A DNA stretch of 35,850 nt from a virus (Duplodnaviria > Caudoviricetes): IMG/VR virus record IMGVR_UViG_3300033076_001164, positions 1-35,850 of that record, one strand, 5' to 3'. A program made the translations under genes and the position numbers. Positions 16,364-25,800 of this stretch are shown here, one piece after another. Every line of letters starts with the position of its first letter. Position 1 is the stretch's first letter. Below the pieces are notes generated by a model. The model had not been told where the DNA came from and did not search any database. It was given only the letters and a program-made list of their open reading frames with translations.

Positions 16364-16504
16364 TTACTTGCCCTTGAGGGCGTCGAGCAGGACGCGGCCC
16401 TGGGACTCAGCGGACTTCAGCTTGGCGAAGTGCTTGCGGACGACGAGGGCCCCGCCGAGGAAGCCGAGCAGGATGCCGATGAGGAACGATAGGACGATGA
16501 TCAT
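16364..16504 (-). CDS. Small single-pass membrane protein (46 aa)
   Basis: Hand-translated MIIVLSFLIGILLGFLGGALVVRKHFAKLKSAESQGRVLLDALKGK. Confidence 0.7.
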   Translation of the reverse strand: MIIVLSFLIGILLGFLGGALVVRKHFAKLKSAESQGRVLLDALKGK

Positions 16505-16530
16505 GAGGAAGTGTTCGTAGATGTTGAGCC

Positions 16531-16749
16531 TCACCCGAGTTTAGCGAGCAGGGCTTGGAGCTGGGCCTCGAGTTCGGCGATGCGTTCCGCGTCGGTCTTT
16601 TGGGGCGTCTCGGCTTGGTAGGCCACGGAGACGAGGTACTCGTCGGTCATCTCGGCGTTGCCTAGGACTTGGCGTCCGTCTTGGCAGGTGATGGAGAGCA
16701 GGTCGTCGGAGCGGGTCCAGACTAGGTTGTTGTGGTCGGTGAAGGGCAT
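16531..16749 (-). CDS. Tail-fibre-associated small protein
   Basis: Follows the fibre gene; C-terminal TDAERIAELEAQL coiled coil. Confidence 0.65.
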   Translation of the reverse strand: MPFTDHNNLVWTRSDDLLSITCQDGRQVLGNAEMTDEYLVSVAYQAETPQKTDAERIAELEAQLQALLAKLG

Positions 16750-16754
16750 AGGTT

Positions 16755-18227
16755 TTAGAAGTAGGTGATGATTAGAGCGAAGCCGTTGGCTCCGTCGCCG
16801 CCCTTGCCGCTGTTAAAGCCGTTGTCGGAAGCACCGCCGCCGCCACCTGCACCACCGGGCCAGCCGCCGTTGCCGCCAGTACCACCCGCTTGACCAGTAC
16901 GGTAGAAGCCACCGCCGCCTCCTGTGCCTCCGACCATATATTGAGTGGTCATGGATGTGCCATTGGTCGCTTGAGTTCCTGCGGCAGTACCACCAGAACC
17001 TCCAGCAATAGAGGAAATCAAACCAGCACTTGATGCCGCCGCTGAAAATCCTGCTCCACTACCACCTGCGGCATTAGTAGTAGAAGAAGCGGTGGCTCCA
17101 GCACCACCGCCGCCACCAAGACCAAACTGCCAATATGCAGAATAACTCGTTGCGGTAGAACCTGCCGCAGTATTCCCATTTCCACCGCCTCCAAGTCCAG
17201 CGGCGTTTCCGATGAAAGAAATGGATGTTCGAGCCGTACCGCCTGTGACGTTTGTGCTAGAACCTCCGCCTCCTGCTGCACCATAGCCAGTATGAAAAAT
17301 AGAAAAATAAGTATCACCACCAACATTACCTCCAGATCCGGTACTATTGTCAGAGGTAGTTGAAGCACCTCCAGTACCTCCAGCACCAACAATAACTGTT
17401 TCGGTGGAACCAAGATAGGCCGCATTGACTCGGTTGTAGTTGGAAGGCCCACCCGAGCCGCCGCTACCTCCAGAACGAGCAGAGGTAGTTGCTAGACGCG
17501 CGCCAGAGCCACCACCGCCGCCGCCGCCGATTAGCAGGAACTCCACCCACTTCGCCCCAGCGGGTTTCGTCCAAGTGAACGACCCGGAGGTCGTCGACGA
17601 GCCGAACGTCTGCACGTTCACGCCACCGCCCGAAGCCGTAGCCCACGAAGCATCGTAGTTGGTCGCGGAGTTCTTCGTCAGCACTTGCCCGGTCGTCCCG
17701 CCGATGGGCAGATCGTGCGGAGCCGTGGCCTGCGTGGTCGCATCCGCAAAGGTGATGACCGCACCCGAGGAAGCCGTGAGCGTAAGGCCCGACCCGTTGA
17801 GCGTGGCGTTGGCCGCGTTGACCGTGCTTGCCGTCAAGGTGCCCGAACCGAGGTCGATTGCCGTGATGTTGCTGGAACCGACCGTGTCGAAGAGGTACGG
17901 CGAGGAATAGGTCACCGTGCCCGAACCACCACCGCCGCCGCCGACCGTAGCCCAAACCAAATCCGTGCCGTCAAAGGTGAGGGCTTGCCCGGTGGTCGGT
18001 GCCGTGGCGTTCAGGGTCGAGGTCGCGCCGTTGGAGAGCGTGCTGATCGTCAGGCCAGAGGTGATGGTCGCCCAGACGAGGTTCGTACCGTCGAAGGTCA
18101 ACGCCTGGCCCGTGGTCGGAACCGTAGCGTCGAGCGTAGAAGTCGCCGCGTTGGACAGCGACGAGATTGAGAGTTTCGGCGCGAGCAGGGCGTCAACCGA
18201 CGCCTTGGAGTAGAGGTTAAGCGACAT
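16755..18227 (-). CDS. Glycine-rich tail fibre / receptor-binding protein
   Basis: TGQVLTK..TNYDASW linker, SGSFTWTKPAGAKWV..LIGGGGGGGSG, terminal GGDGANGFALIITYF. Confidence 0.8.
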   Translation of the reverse strand: MSLNLYSKASVDALLAPKLSISSLSNAATSTLDATVPTTGQALTFDGTNLVWATITSGLTISTLSNGATSTLNATAPTTGQALTFDGTDLVWATVGGGGGGSGTVTYSSPYLFDTVGSSNITAIDLGSGTLTASTVNAANATLNGSGLTLTASSGAVITFADATTQATAPHDLPIGGTTGQVLTKNSATNYDASWATASGGGVNVQTFGSSTTSGSFTWTKPAGAKWVEFLLIGGGGGGGSGARLATTSARSGGSGGSGGPSNYNRVNAAYLGSTETVIVGAGGTGGASTTSDNSTGSGGNVGGDTYFSIFHTGYGAAGGGGSSTNVTGGTARTSISFIGNAAGLGGGGNGNTAAGSTATSYSAYWQFGLGGGGGAGATASSTTNAAGGSGAGFSAAASSAGLISSIAGGSGGTAAGTQATNGTSMTTQYMVGGTGGGGGFYRTGQAGGTGGNGGWPGGAGGGGGASDNGFNSGKGGDGANGFALIITYF

Positions 18228-18230
18228 GAC

Positions 18231-19442
18231 TTAAAAGATGATTAGTTGTTCCCACGCCCCGTTGCGCTGGACGTAGTAGTTCCCGTTGTTCGGGGCTTTG
18301 AGTTCGTAGGTCGAGGCGGCCGTGGCCGAGGTCAGAAGGCCAAGGGTCGAGAATGACTTGTTCTTCCACACACCAGCCGCAGAGTCCCAAGACAGCAGGT
18401 CGAGGTTCGCCTTGGACGACAGCAGGACGTCGGACAGTTCGCCTAGCTCCTGGTAGTTCTGGATGCGGACTTCGATGGTGCCGTTGACAGCGTGCTGGCG
18501 GGTGACGTAGCCGATGACAACCCCATGCAGGGGCTGTGTCGGCAGGGTCGTCGTGAAGCCGCCAGCGACGGTGGCAGAGAGATACAGGATTTGGCCTTCA
18601 GCGTAGGCTGAGGTATCCAACTTGGTCGCAAGGCCAGCCGTGACGACCGTACCCTGCGCGTTGTTTGCGATGTCCGCAGTCGTGACCCCGATGGTCAGCG
18701 AGGATGTGGCCTCGGAGTTGGCTTGGGCGAGCGAGATGATGGGCGTCCCGCCTTGGCCGCCAGAGATGTAGACAGCCGCGCCCTTCGGGATGGTCACCCC
18801 AGACTTGTTGACGCCGACCAAAAACAGGGTACGGGCGTCGTTGTCGATCCAGATTGGCCGAGAGGTAGCCGCGTCCCATGCTACGATTTGTCCATCAACA
18901 GCGGCCACCAGCGGCGACTGAATCCAGTACGAGGTGTTCTGGTAGGCCGCAGAACCAAGCGACGAGATGAGGGCGTACGGCGTGAGGGCATCAGCCGTGA
19001 TGTAGCCCTGCGACGTCACCCACGACTGGGTGGCGTACCCGGTCAACGCACCAGCCTGCAGGTAGCCCTGCGCGTCCACCCAAGCCTGCGTCGCGTAGGA
19101 CGAAAGGTCGATGCTGATGGTCTTGGTGCCGCTGTCGTAGGACAGGGGGGCGGTGGCATAGGCCACGCCGCTGTCGCCCGTATCCCCCTTGTCGCCCTTC
19201 TCACCCTTGGGGATGCCGAAGTCAAGGATCGCGTTGGAGGCCGTCCCAACGTTGGTCACCGTGGCGTTCAAGCCCGGAGCCAAGGTCGTCGTCGTGCCTA
19301 CGGCCACCGTCGCTGAAGCGCCCGGGACTCCGACCTCGACGTTCAACGTAGCCGGCGACGTCGGCGTCAACGTCACGTTGAAGGGCTCCGTGATCGTCAC
19401 CCCCAGCTGCGCGGACTCAAGGATGGTGATGGACAGGCCCAT
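18231..19442 (-). CDS. Tail fibre/spike protein
   Basis: Collagen-like GEKGDKGDTG, YATQxWV repeats, NKSGVTIPKGAAVYI domain, ELGELSDV repeat. Confidence 0.75.
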   Translation of the reverse strand: MGLSITILESAQLGVTITEPFNVTLTPTSPATLNVEVGVPGASATVAVGTTTTLAPGLNATVTNVGTASNAILDFGIPKGEKGDKGDTGDSGVAYATAPLSYDSGTKTISIDLSSYATQAWVDAQGYLQAGALTGYATQSWVTSQGYITADALTPYALISSLGSAAYQNTSYWIQSPLVAAVDGQIVAWDAATSRPIWIDNDARTLFLVGVNKSGVTIPKGAAVYISGGQGGTPIISLAQANSEATSSLTIGVTTADIANNAQGTVVTAGLATKLDTSAYAEGQILYLSATVAGGFTTTLPTQPLHGVVIGYVTRQHAVNGTIEVRIQNYQELGELSDVLLSSKANLDLLSWDSAAGVWKNKSFSTLGLLTSATAASTYELKAPNNGNYYVQRNGAWEQLIIF

Positions 19443-19756
19443 TACGAGTTCGGCGTGACGTTCTCTAGGATGTTGATGTTAACGACCTGCGAATAGTAGG
19501 CGATGCCGTTATTGATGAACAGCATATCCCAGAAGGCCACCCCAGAGAACCAGGACTCCGTGTTCCCGTAGAACAGGGTGAATGTCGTTGGGCTAGTAAG
19601 GGTGAAGGTGAGCGTGTGCTCGTATCCTCGGGCGTCGCGGACGCGGGAGGCCACCGTGACCCCAGTAAGGTCCGTAGGCCAGCCGGCCTCGGGCGTGTAG
19701 GTGCAGTTGGCCGAAAAAGTCGACCCCTTGACGAATGTGAAGGACGGCTGGGCCAT
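19442..19756 (-). CDS. Tail/baseplate protein (BppU N-terminal-like)
   Basis: KGSTFS, DLTGVTVASRVRD, WDMLF pattern. Confidence 0.6.
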   Translation of the reverse strand: MAQPSFTFVKGSTFSANCTYTPEAGWPTDLTGVTVASRVRDARGYEHTLTFTLTSPTTFTLFYGNTESWFSGVAFWDMLFINNGIAYYSQVVNINILENVTPNS

Positions 19757-19764
19757 AGGGCTTC

Positions 19765-19784
19765 TGCCTTTAGCCCAATGTCAA
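19765..19784 (-). promoter_or_regulatory. Late-promoter motif copy (TTGACATTGGGCTAAAGGCA)
   Basis: 8 nt before ATG19756; one of five copies. Confidence 0.8.
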
Positions 19785-19789
19785 CCCGA

Positions 19790-20737
19790 CTAAAGTTCCA
19801 CTTCTTGGGTAGGATTAGCCCCAGAACCGCCCCATTTTTCGCAATCCACGAAAGTGCCCTCCCAGTCCTGCTGCTTGTCCGAATAGTAGGGCGTGGTGAA
19901 CCAGGATGGCGGCGAACCAAGCGATGGGTCGAAGGCGTAGGTACCACCGTTGAACACGTTGTAAGGAATGGTGATCGGACCGACAAGGTGCTGAGTCACG
20001 TTCCAGACAAGGCCGATGGTATCCCATTTAACGGTGGCGACATGGACGCGCTGGCAGGCGTAGTTCTGGAGCTGGACGTAATACGACTGCGGAAGGTACC
20101 CGCTGACCATGATGGGCTCGTAGTAGGGGGGAGGCCCGGGCTGTTCGATGGCCACGTTGACCTGCTCGATGATGTTGAAAAGCAACTGCCTGTCGCAACC
20201 TGCCTCATTAACCCAAGGACGGGTCTTGATCTCCGCATCGCCGCCTACGGGCATGACGGCAAGATAGGGGGTGGATTCGCTCAGAGTCCCCCCGAAGGCC
20301 TTGTTGTTGTTGGCGATGATGTAGACCCCATATTCGGCGTGGCCACCGTCGTCACCAGGCTTGAAGATGTTGGTGTACCCGCCTTTGTCAATCCAAGGAC
20401 TAGACGGATAATCACCGACATAGGTTTCACCGTTGGGCCATACGCCCAGCGCATCCAAGGAATATTCCTTCAGGCATCCTGCGACCGTGGTCGTGGTGTA
20501 AGGGTTGGATCTGAACAGGACGCGGCCCTTGGCGATGTTAAGGGTCCAGTTTGATCCGTTGCCGTTGACGTTGACCGTGAACTGCTCGAAACCAGGTTCA
20601 TAAAGGTCGGCTGGAGTAGAATACGTAGTTCCAGAACCGCTATCGACGAAGTTTATGCCGTCGCTCTGGAACGTGCGGTTCTGCCGCGTGTTCCGCTGGA
20701 GCTCGTCGATGTAGGACTGGATGTAATCCTTGTCCAT
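19790..20737 (-). CDS. Tail tip structural protein (putative)
   Basis: Position after tape measure and distal tail gene; beta/aromatic-rich; the only called gene ending in TAG. Confidence 0.65.
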   Translation of the reverse strand: MDKDYIQSYIDELQRNTRQNRTFQSDGINFVDSGSGTTYSTPADLYEPGFEQFTVNVNGNGSNWTLNIAKGRVLFRSNPYTTTTVAGCLKEYSLDALGVWPNGETYVGDYPSSPWIDKGGYTNIFKPGDDGGHAEYGVYIIANNNKAFGGTLSESTPYLAVMPVGGDAEIKTRPWVNEAGCDRQLLFNIIEQVNVAIEQPGPPPYYEPIMVSGYLPQSYYVQLQNYACQRVHVATVKWDTIGLVWNVTQHLVGPITIPYNVFNGGTYAFDPSLGSPPSWFTTPYYSDKQQDWEGTFVDCEKWGGSGANPTQEVEL

Positions 20738-21645
20738 TAGACCGCAGGGCCAGGGTAGATGTCGGGATCCCAGCCGGTGATGCCGGAGAGCATGAAGTCC
20801 GTGGTCACCTTGTAGATCGTGCCAAACTGCTCGACGGAGCAGGCGGTGACGAGGTAGGAACGGCTTACCTTGGCCTCATACTCGGAAGTGTAGTTCAGCT
20901 TGCCTGGATAGGAACCTCCGTCACCTGAGAGTTCCGTATAGGCCGTAGGCATACCGAAATAAGAACCATCCGTGAACCAACCTACGTAGGATGCGTTCGA
21001 CAGGGCTTCGACTTCTTCCGCGATGTACCTAGTCATGCGAAGGGTGTTCTGCGGCTTGTAATACGACTTCACGCCCGCCTTGATGTTGACCGGCTCGGTG
21101 TCCTTCTGGGCCGGAAGGAAGGCCACGAACTGGCAGTTGTTGGTGGCGCCGGTGTTCTGGACGCGAGGCGTCCAAAGGGCACGGTTCGGGTTAAGGGTCG
21201 TGGAGGTCTCGAAACCGCCCGCGGCAGGAGGGGCACCGGCCAACGGGGTGGCTCCCCCGATGCTGGTGCAGTTGATCTTGTAGAAGTTGGGGTGGTGCGT
21301 GATGTCCTCCGAGGCCGAGGAACCAGTCATCTGCATCACGGGATTCGTGCGCAGACCGGCGTTGATGTCCGGGTCAATGCCGATGTAGTCTGCCGTGATG
21401 TTGAGAACGCCGCCCTTCCCGTAGACCATGTTCGCCTTCACCATCTTAAGGTAAGAATACGCGGAATCTGGATGGTCGGCGCCGCGGTAGAACAGGCTGG
21501 AGAAAGCCGCCTTATAGTCCGTGCTCCAACCGAACTTCACCTGCGACTGCACAAGGCCATATCCGTCGATGTCTACGGTCCAGCCAGGGATGACGATTGG
21601 ATCTACGAGGTCGTTCCCGTATTTGAGGAGTGTGGATGAGCTCAT
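20737..21645 (-). CDS. Tail protein downstream of tape measure (putative distal tail/hub)
   Basis: Synteny; EDITHHPNF motif; TAATG coupling. Confidence 0.65.
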   Translation of the reverse strand: MSSSTLLKYGNDLVDPIVIPGWTVDIDGYGLVQSQVKFGWSTDYKAAFSSLFYRGADHPDSAYSYLKMVKANMVYGKGGVLNITADYIGIDPDINAGLRTNPVMQMTGSSASEDITHHPNFYKINCTSIGGATPLAGAPPAAGGFETSTTLNPNRALWTPRVQNTGATNNCQFVAFLPAQKDTEPVNIKAGVKSYYKPQNTLRMTRYIAEEVEALSNASYVGWFTDGSYFGMPTAYTELSGDGGSYPGKLNYTSEYEAKVSRSYLVTACSVEQFGTIYKVTTDFMLSGITGWDPDIYPGPAV

Positions 21646-23061
21646 TTAACGTCGAGGGGCAGGACGGATTCCCGCCTTGTTGGATTGCTGTTCAAGAAGT
21701 TCGTTGGTCTTGGCCGTGTTCTCAGCGGTCTTGGCGGTGTTGTCTGCCGTCTGCTGGGCTGGCGAGAAGGCGATGGCCGAGACGATGTCGCCGCCGCCCA
21801 TCTGCTGTATGGTCGATGCGCCTTGGGCGGTCTGCAGGCCAAGGGGCGTCAACTTCACACCTTTTTCACCAATAAGCTTTTCGACCTCGGCGTTGTACCT
21901 TTCGAGAGTTTTACCTTCCATGCGATATTCCTCGGCTGCCTGCTTGAAGTACTTGCGCCTATCGGCGTCTGTTCCAGCCTTGGGCATCGAGTCGGAAATG
22001 CTCCTCGCAATCCATTCCGGGGAAGCACCGAAAGTAGCGCCGATGACGGTCGCAAGCTCGTTTATGGTTCGATGAATCCAGTTGAAGATCATCGCGAACA
22101 CACCTACGATGTCGGAACCGATGTTCGATAGGGATTTGCCGAGGTTGTTCCAGGCGGTCGCGGTTTCGGCGGCCTCCTTGTTGAGCATCTCGCTTTCGCT
22201 GTACATCACCTTGGACAGTTCCTTGATGGAAGCCTCGCCGCGCTTGATGGCCGGGAGGAGTTCGTTGAAAGAAGAACCGAACATCATGTTGCCGTAGTAG
22301 GCCAGGGTGGCGGCGTCCGTGCCGGCTTGATGCGCTCGGGCAAGGAGGATCATCCCTTTCTGTGCGGTCATCGAGCCGCTCGCCAGTTCTTCTTGGCTGA
22401 CTCCGAGCTTGTTGAAAAGGTTGTTGAGTTCGGAGCCCTTGATTTTCGTTTCACCGACTCGCCTATTGAACTCACCGAACGAACGTGCCAAGCCTTCAAC
22501 GGAGGCTCCGATGTTCTCGGCGAGGAGCCCGATGCTGCTCAACTCACGCACGGAAATGCCGGTGGCGATGGAAAGGTTCTGGGTCTTGAGAGCCTTGCCG
22601 AAACCTTCGATGAGCTTGTTTACTGCTTCGGCGATAAGTTGTCCCTCCGCACCAAATGCGGCTCCGATGGCTGAGATGCCGCCCGTGAGGCCGCCGGACA
22701 GGAAACCTTGGGCCACCCCGAGCCTCTTGTTCTTCGACGCCTCGGCGGCCTGCGCTTCCTTTTCGGCTGCCTTCTGGGCTTCCCTTGCGGCCTTTTCCTT
22801 TTCCCTGGCTAGGCGTTGTTCTTCCTTGATGGCGTCAGACTTGTCTTTGCGTTCCTTGCGTGCGGCTTCCTGCTTCTCCTTTTCTTCCGCACGACGCTCC
22901 TCGCGCTCCTTGCGGGCCGCGGCACGGCGTTCCTCGCGCTCGGCTTGGTCCTTCTTGCGCTGCTCAAGGACGGCCAGATCGGCCTCCTTCTTCACGGTCG
23001 CCAAACCCTTGAGGAAGTCCTCGTAGTTGCAACCGATGTTTACTGATACGTCACCGGGCAT
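21646..23061 (-). CDS. Tape measure protein (short)
   Basis: Helical Ala/Gly/Lys/Glu-rich protein after the tail chaperone; C-terminal QQTADNTAKTAENT. Confidence 0.75.
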   Translation of the reverse strand: MPGDVSVNIGCNYEDFLKGLATVKKEADLAVLEQRKKDQAEREERRAAARKEREERRAEEKEKQEAARKERKDKSDAIKEEQRLAREKEKAAREAQKAAEKEAQAAEASKNKRLGVAQGFLSGGLTGGISAIGAAFGAEGQLIAEAVNKLIEGFGKALKTQNLSIATGISVRELSSIGLLAENIGASVEGLARSFGEFNRRVGETKIKGSELNNLFNKLGVSQEELASGSMTAQKGMILLARAHQAGTDAATLAYYGNMMFGSSFNELLPAIKRGEASIKELSKVMYSESEMLNKEAAETATAWNNLGKSLSNIGSDIVGVFAMIFNWIHRTINELATVIGATFGASPEWIARSISDSMPKAGTDADRRKYFKQAAEEYRMEGKTLERYNAEVEKLIGEKGVKLTPLGLQTAQGASTIQQMGGGDIVSAIAFSPAQQTADNTAKTAENTAKTNELLEQQSNKAGIRPAPRR

Positions 23062-23638
23062 TGGTTTGTTCCTTTTGTTTGAAGCGTTCGATGATGGAGT
23101 CGAAGTCGTCCAATGCGGCTTCCTCGTCGGTGGACATTACCTCGATCTCCGAACCGTTGTAGATGGCGTGGCAGACGCTGAACCATACGGCCTCGCCTTC
23201 CGGCATCGTCCAAGCCTCCTCGGACGTGAATCCGTTGCGGACGTTGTTGGCCACGCACGCCAAAACCCAAGGAATCTTTTCCTGCTTCGTGCCTTCCTGC
23301 TTCCAGGTCTTTGGGTACGAGCAGCCATTTCCGATATGACCGAAGATGTATCCTGCGTAGATGGACTTTAGGCGGTTTCCATACTCCAGCGCTTTTACGC
23401 GGATACGATCGCGAAGGCTCAGCTTCTCGTTGAGCACGTCCTTGTCGTAGGTGGACAGAATCTTGGCCGCCAGGATGACGTCGTAGGCATCGATAGGGCG
23501 GTCCAGCGGGTGAAGAAACGGGGAATCGATGGCCTCCAGCATCACGCGGTGGCGCAGGCAGAATGGCAAAAGCCGATAGCCGGCGACCCGTTGCTTCGAG
23601 CCGCCAACCACCGTGGCGTTGAGAAACCGAGCGTCCAT
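23051..23638 (-). CDS. Putative tail assembly chaperone
   Basis: Lies between tail tube and tape measure; LLPFCLRH..LEAIDSPF, EEAWTMP. Confidence 0.6.
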   Translation of the reverse strand: MDARFLNATVVGGSKQRVAGYRLLPFCLRHRVMLEAIDSPFLHPLDRPIDAYDVILAAKILSTYDKDVLNEKLSLRDRIRVKALEYGNRLKSIYAGYIFGHIGNGCSYPKTWKQEGTKQEKIPWVLACVANNVRNGFTSEEAWTMPEGEAVWFSVCHAIYNGSEIEVMSTDEEAALDDFDSIIERFKQKEQTNAR

Positions 23639-23645
23639 ACTCGGG

Positions 23646-23661
23646 AACCCCTTTCGGGGTT
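23646..23661 (-). other. GNRA hairpin after the tail tube stop codon
   Basis: AACCCC-GAAA-GGGGTT on the minus strand, no U-tract. Confidence 0.6.
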
Positions 23662-23995
23662 AGGCGATGGACTCGTACTTGATGCCCTTTACAGAGACCT
23701 TGCGGTAGTCCTTGTTCGTCCCCTTGTCATCAATCGTCTTGAGGATGTACTGGATGCCGGCGTAGGTGAACTGCGTGCCGTTCTCGGGGATGTCGTCTGC
23801 GATCTTGAGGACGCCTTCAAGGGTGATTTCCTTGCGGCGGTCGTCGAGATGGTCGGTGATGACCTTGCCATCTTCATCGGCCACTTCGACGTCGAGGGCG
23901 AAGGACTGGGAAAGGTCGTCGGACTGCACCACCATGTAGGTGACCGTGTCCCGCAAACCGTAGAAAAGTGCTACCCCGTATTCGATGGCTGCCAT
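23660..23995 (-). CDS. Putative tail tube protein (minimal, 111 aa)
   Basis: Own late promoter and downstream hairpin suggest high expression; beta-rich; synteny. Confidence 0.6.
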   Translation of the reverse strand: MAAIEYGVALFYGLRDTVTYMVVQSDDLSQSFALDVEVADEDGKVITDHLDDRRKEITLEGVLKIADDIPENGTQFTYAGIQYILKTIDDKGTNKDYRKVSVKGIKYESIA

Positions 23996-24005
23996 GTTTA
24001 GTCTT

Positions 24006-24025
24006 TGCCTTTAGCCAAGTGTCAA
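24006..24025 (-). promoter_or_regulatory. Late-promoter motif copy (TTGACACTTGGCTAAAGGCA)
   Basis: 10 nt before ATG23995; overlaps upstream TGA. Confidence 0.8.
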
Positions 24026-24465
24026 GGGGCTGGTGGGGCCGACACGAAGGCCGTGAACTCGATGAGGTTCCCGTACTTGCGCTGGTGCTCGCCCTCCTGG
24101 TCACCACCCGTGATGAACAGGTCGTAAAGGATGCCGTCCGTTGAGTAGGTCCAGAGGGCTTTTACCGCGGACGTGTCCTCAAGGGCGTTGATGACGCTTT
24201 GCACCCGCTCCCGGTGGGTATCCAAGGTTTCGTCGTCCGCGGAGGATATGACCCGGACGCTTACCGTGACCTCGTAGTTGCCGTAGGGATGGCTTCCTAG
24301 GGCCGAGGCGGGCCTTGCGGACTCGCCGTAGACGGTCACCATAGGGAGAACCTTTACCTCGGGCGTCACGCCCTTGTGGACGGTCACGCCGGTCAGCTTG
24401 GCGGCCAGATAGGGCGCCAGTTTGTTCTCGATCATCGTACGGGCCGAGTAGAAGGGGATGCTCAT
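24022..24465 (-). CDS. Putative tail terminator
   Basis: Size, synteny and LPMVTVYGE...YEVTVSVRV pattern. Confidence 0.6.
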   Translation of the reverse strand: MSIPFYSARTMIENKLAPYLAAKLTGVTVHKGVTPEVKVLPMVTVYGESARPASALGSHPYGNYEVTVSVRVISSADDETLDTHRERVQSVINALEDTSAVKALWTYSTDGILYDLFITGGDQEGEHQRKYGNLIEFTAFVSAPPAP

Positions 24466-25415
24466 TTCAGTACTTCAAGTGTACCCTTGCGGGTGAGGGA
24501 GGTGAGGATGCGCTTGATGTCCTCTTTCAAAACGTAGGCACGGTGCTTCTTGGCCCTTTCAAAGGTGTCGTCAAAGTCGTGGAAGTTCCGGCCAATCTTG
24601 TTGCCTACGGTGACGCGGAAGTCACCCTCTCCAGACGAGGTCGAGGCGATTGCAGTTCCAGAACCCTGCTGGGCGATCCACGCAGATGTAGGCATGGGGT
24701 TCTTGAGGTTGCGTGTGTTCATGGCCACCCCCGCGTAGTACCAACCAGCCTTGAGCCGTCCGACTCGCTTCTGGACCTGCCGCTTGTAGGACTCCAAGGA
24801 ACGCTGGCCATCGTTGTCCAGGATCCAGACCTCCTTCATGCGCTGGGACTTGTTCACCTTGTAGGGCACGTCCGTGCCTCCTCGGACGTTCGCATGGATG
24901 GCGTGCAGTTGGGACTCCGAGGCGCTGCCGATGTAATGGACCTGGCGGCTGGCCTTCTGGGCCTTTTCCATGGCCATTGACAGCATCTTTTCGGACAGTT
25001 CCCAGAACGGGGCGTTGAAGATGCGGGCGAACTTGCCTCCCTTGTAGTTGGGGTCCGCTTCCTTCTTCTCCACGATCCACTCGCGGAACATATCCGTGTT
25101 CCCGGATTTTGCCACGTCTCGGGCCGTGGCCTCGGATAGGGGCATGAAGATGCGGTCGATGTCGCGGTCGACCGAGGTGCGGCCCTTGTCCCTCGCCTTG
25201 TTGCCGAAACCGCCTGTGCCGCCCGTCCTGGTGGTCATTACGGCCTCGCTGAACGGAGGGGTAAAGTTGACCATGTCCTGGCAGAATAACCGGGCCGTCT
25301 CGCGCACGACCTCCTGCAAGGTGCGCTTGCTCATCGAGGCGTACATCCCCATCAGCTTGTTCAGCTCGCTGACGTCGAAGGAGACGTCCATCGAGGCTGC
25401 CGGCAGGTTGGCCAT
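24462..25415 (-). CDS. Neck/tail-completion protein (HK97 gp10-like, extended)
   Basis: Basic; ..ARLFCQDMVNFTPP.., RVGRLKAGW; synteny. Confidence 0.55.
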   Translation of the reverse strand: MANLPAASMDVSFDVSELNKLMGMYASMSKRTLQEVVRETARLFCQDMVNFTPPFSEAVMTTRTGGTGGFGNKARDKGRTSVDRDIDRIFMPLSEATARDVAKSGNTDMFREWIVEKKEADPNYKGGKFARIFNAPFWELSEKMLSMAMEKAQKASRQVHYIGSASESQLHAIHANVRGGTDVPYKVNKSQRMKEVWILDNDGQRSLESYKRQVQKRVGRLKAGWYYAGVAMNTRNLKNPMPTSAWIAQQGSGTAIASTSSGEGDFRVTVGNKIGRNFHDFDDTFERAKKHRAYVLKEDIKRILTSLTRKGTLEVLK

Positions 25416-25747
25416 TACTGGACGAGGGTCTGCACCCGGCAGATTACCCAGGAGGAGGGGGGACGGTTGACGACGGCCATCACACGGAAGTCCTCGCCGT
25501 TGAAGTTGATGACGCTGCCGTAGGCGATGACCGCGGAATGGGCCACGTAGTCGGAACGCAGGAACTTGATCTCGTAGGACGTAGATGACGTGAAACCGCC
25601 CGTCTCCAAGTCCTGCATGATCATAGGCTGGGACATGAGCACGTTCAAGGCCACGGGGGTCGAGGTACCCTTCTTGACCGTGACGGCCTTGGGGATTTCC
25701 GCGAGGATTTCGGCCGCGTCAGCAGCCCATTCGTCTTGGATGGCCAT
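25415..25747 (-). CDS. Head-closure protein (gpFII-like)
   Basis: 110 aa beta protein after capsid; G..I.FNGEDFRV. Confidence 0.6.
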   Translation of the reverse strand: MAIQDEWAADAAEILAEIPKAVTVKKGTSTPVALNVLMSQPMIMQDLETGGFTSSTSYEIKFLRSDYVAHSAVIAYGSVINFNGEDFRVMAVVNRPPSSWVICRVQTLVQ

Positions 25748-25749
25748 TC

Positions 25750-25769
25750 TGCCTTTAGCCCGATGTAAA
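25750..25769 (-). promoter_or_regulatory. Late-promoter motif copy (TTTACATCGGGCTAAAGGCA)
   Basis: 2 nt before ATG25747. Confidence 0.8.
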
Positions 25770-25770
25770 T

Positions 25771-25800
25771 GAAGAAGCCCACCCCCGAAGGAGTGGGCCT
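25771..25800 (-). terminator. Terminator after major capsid gene
   Basis: AGGCCCACTCC-TTCG-GGGGTGGGCTT-CTTC on the minus strand (C-UUCG-G loop). Confidence 0.75.

Noticed and set aside
16755-19442. Diversity-generating retroelement targeting the fibres
   Set aside because: No reverse transcriptase and no template/variable repeat pair seen
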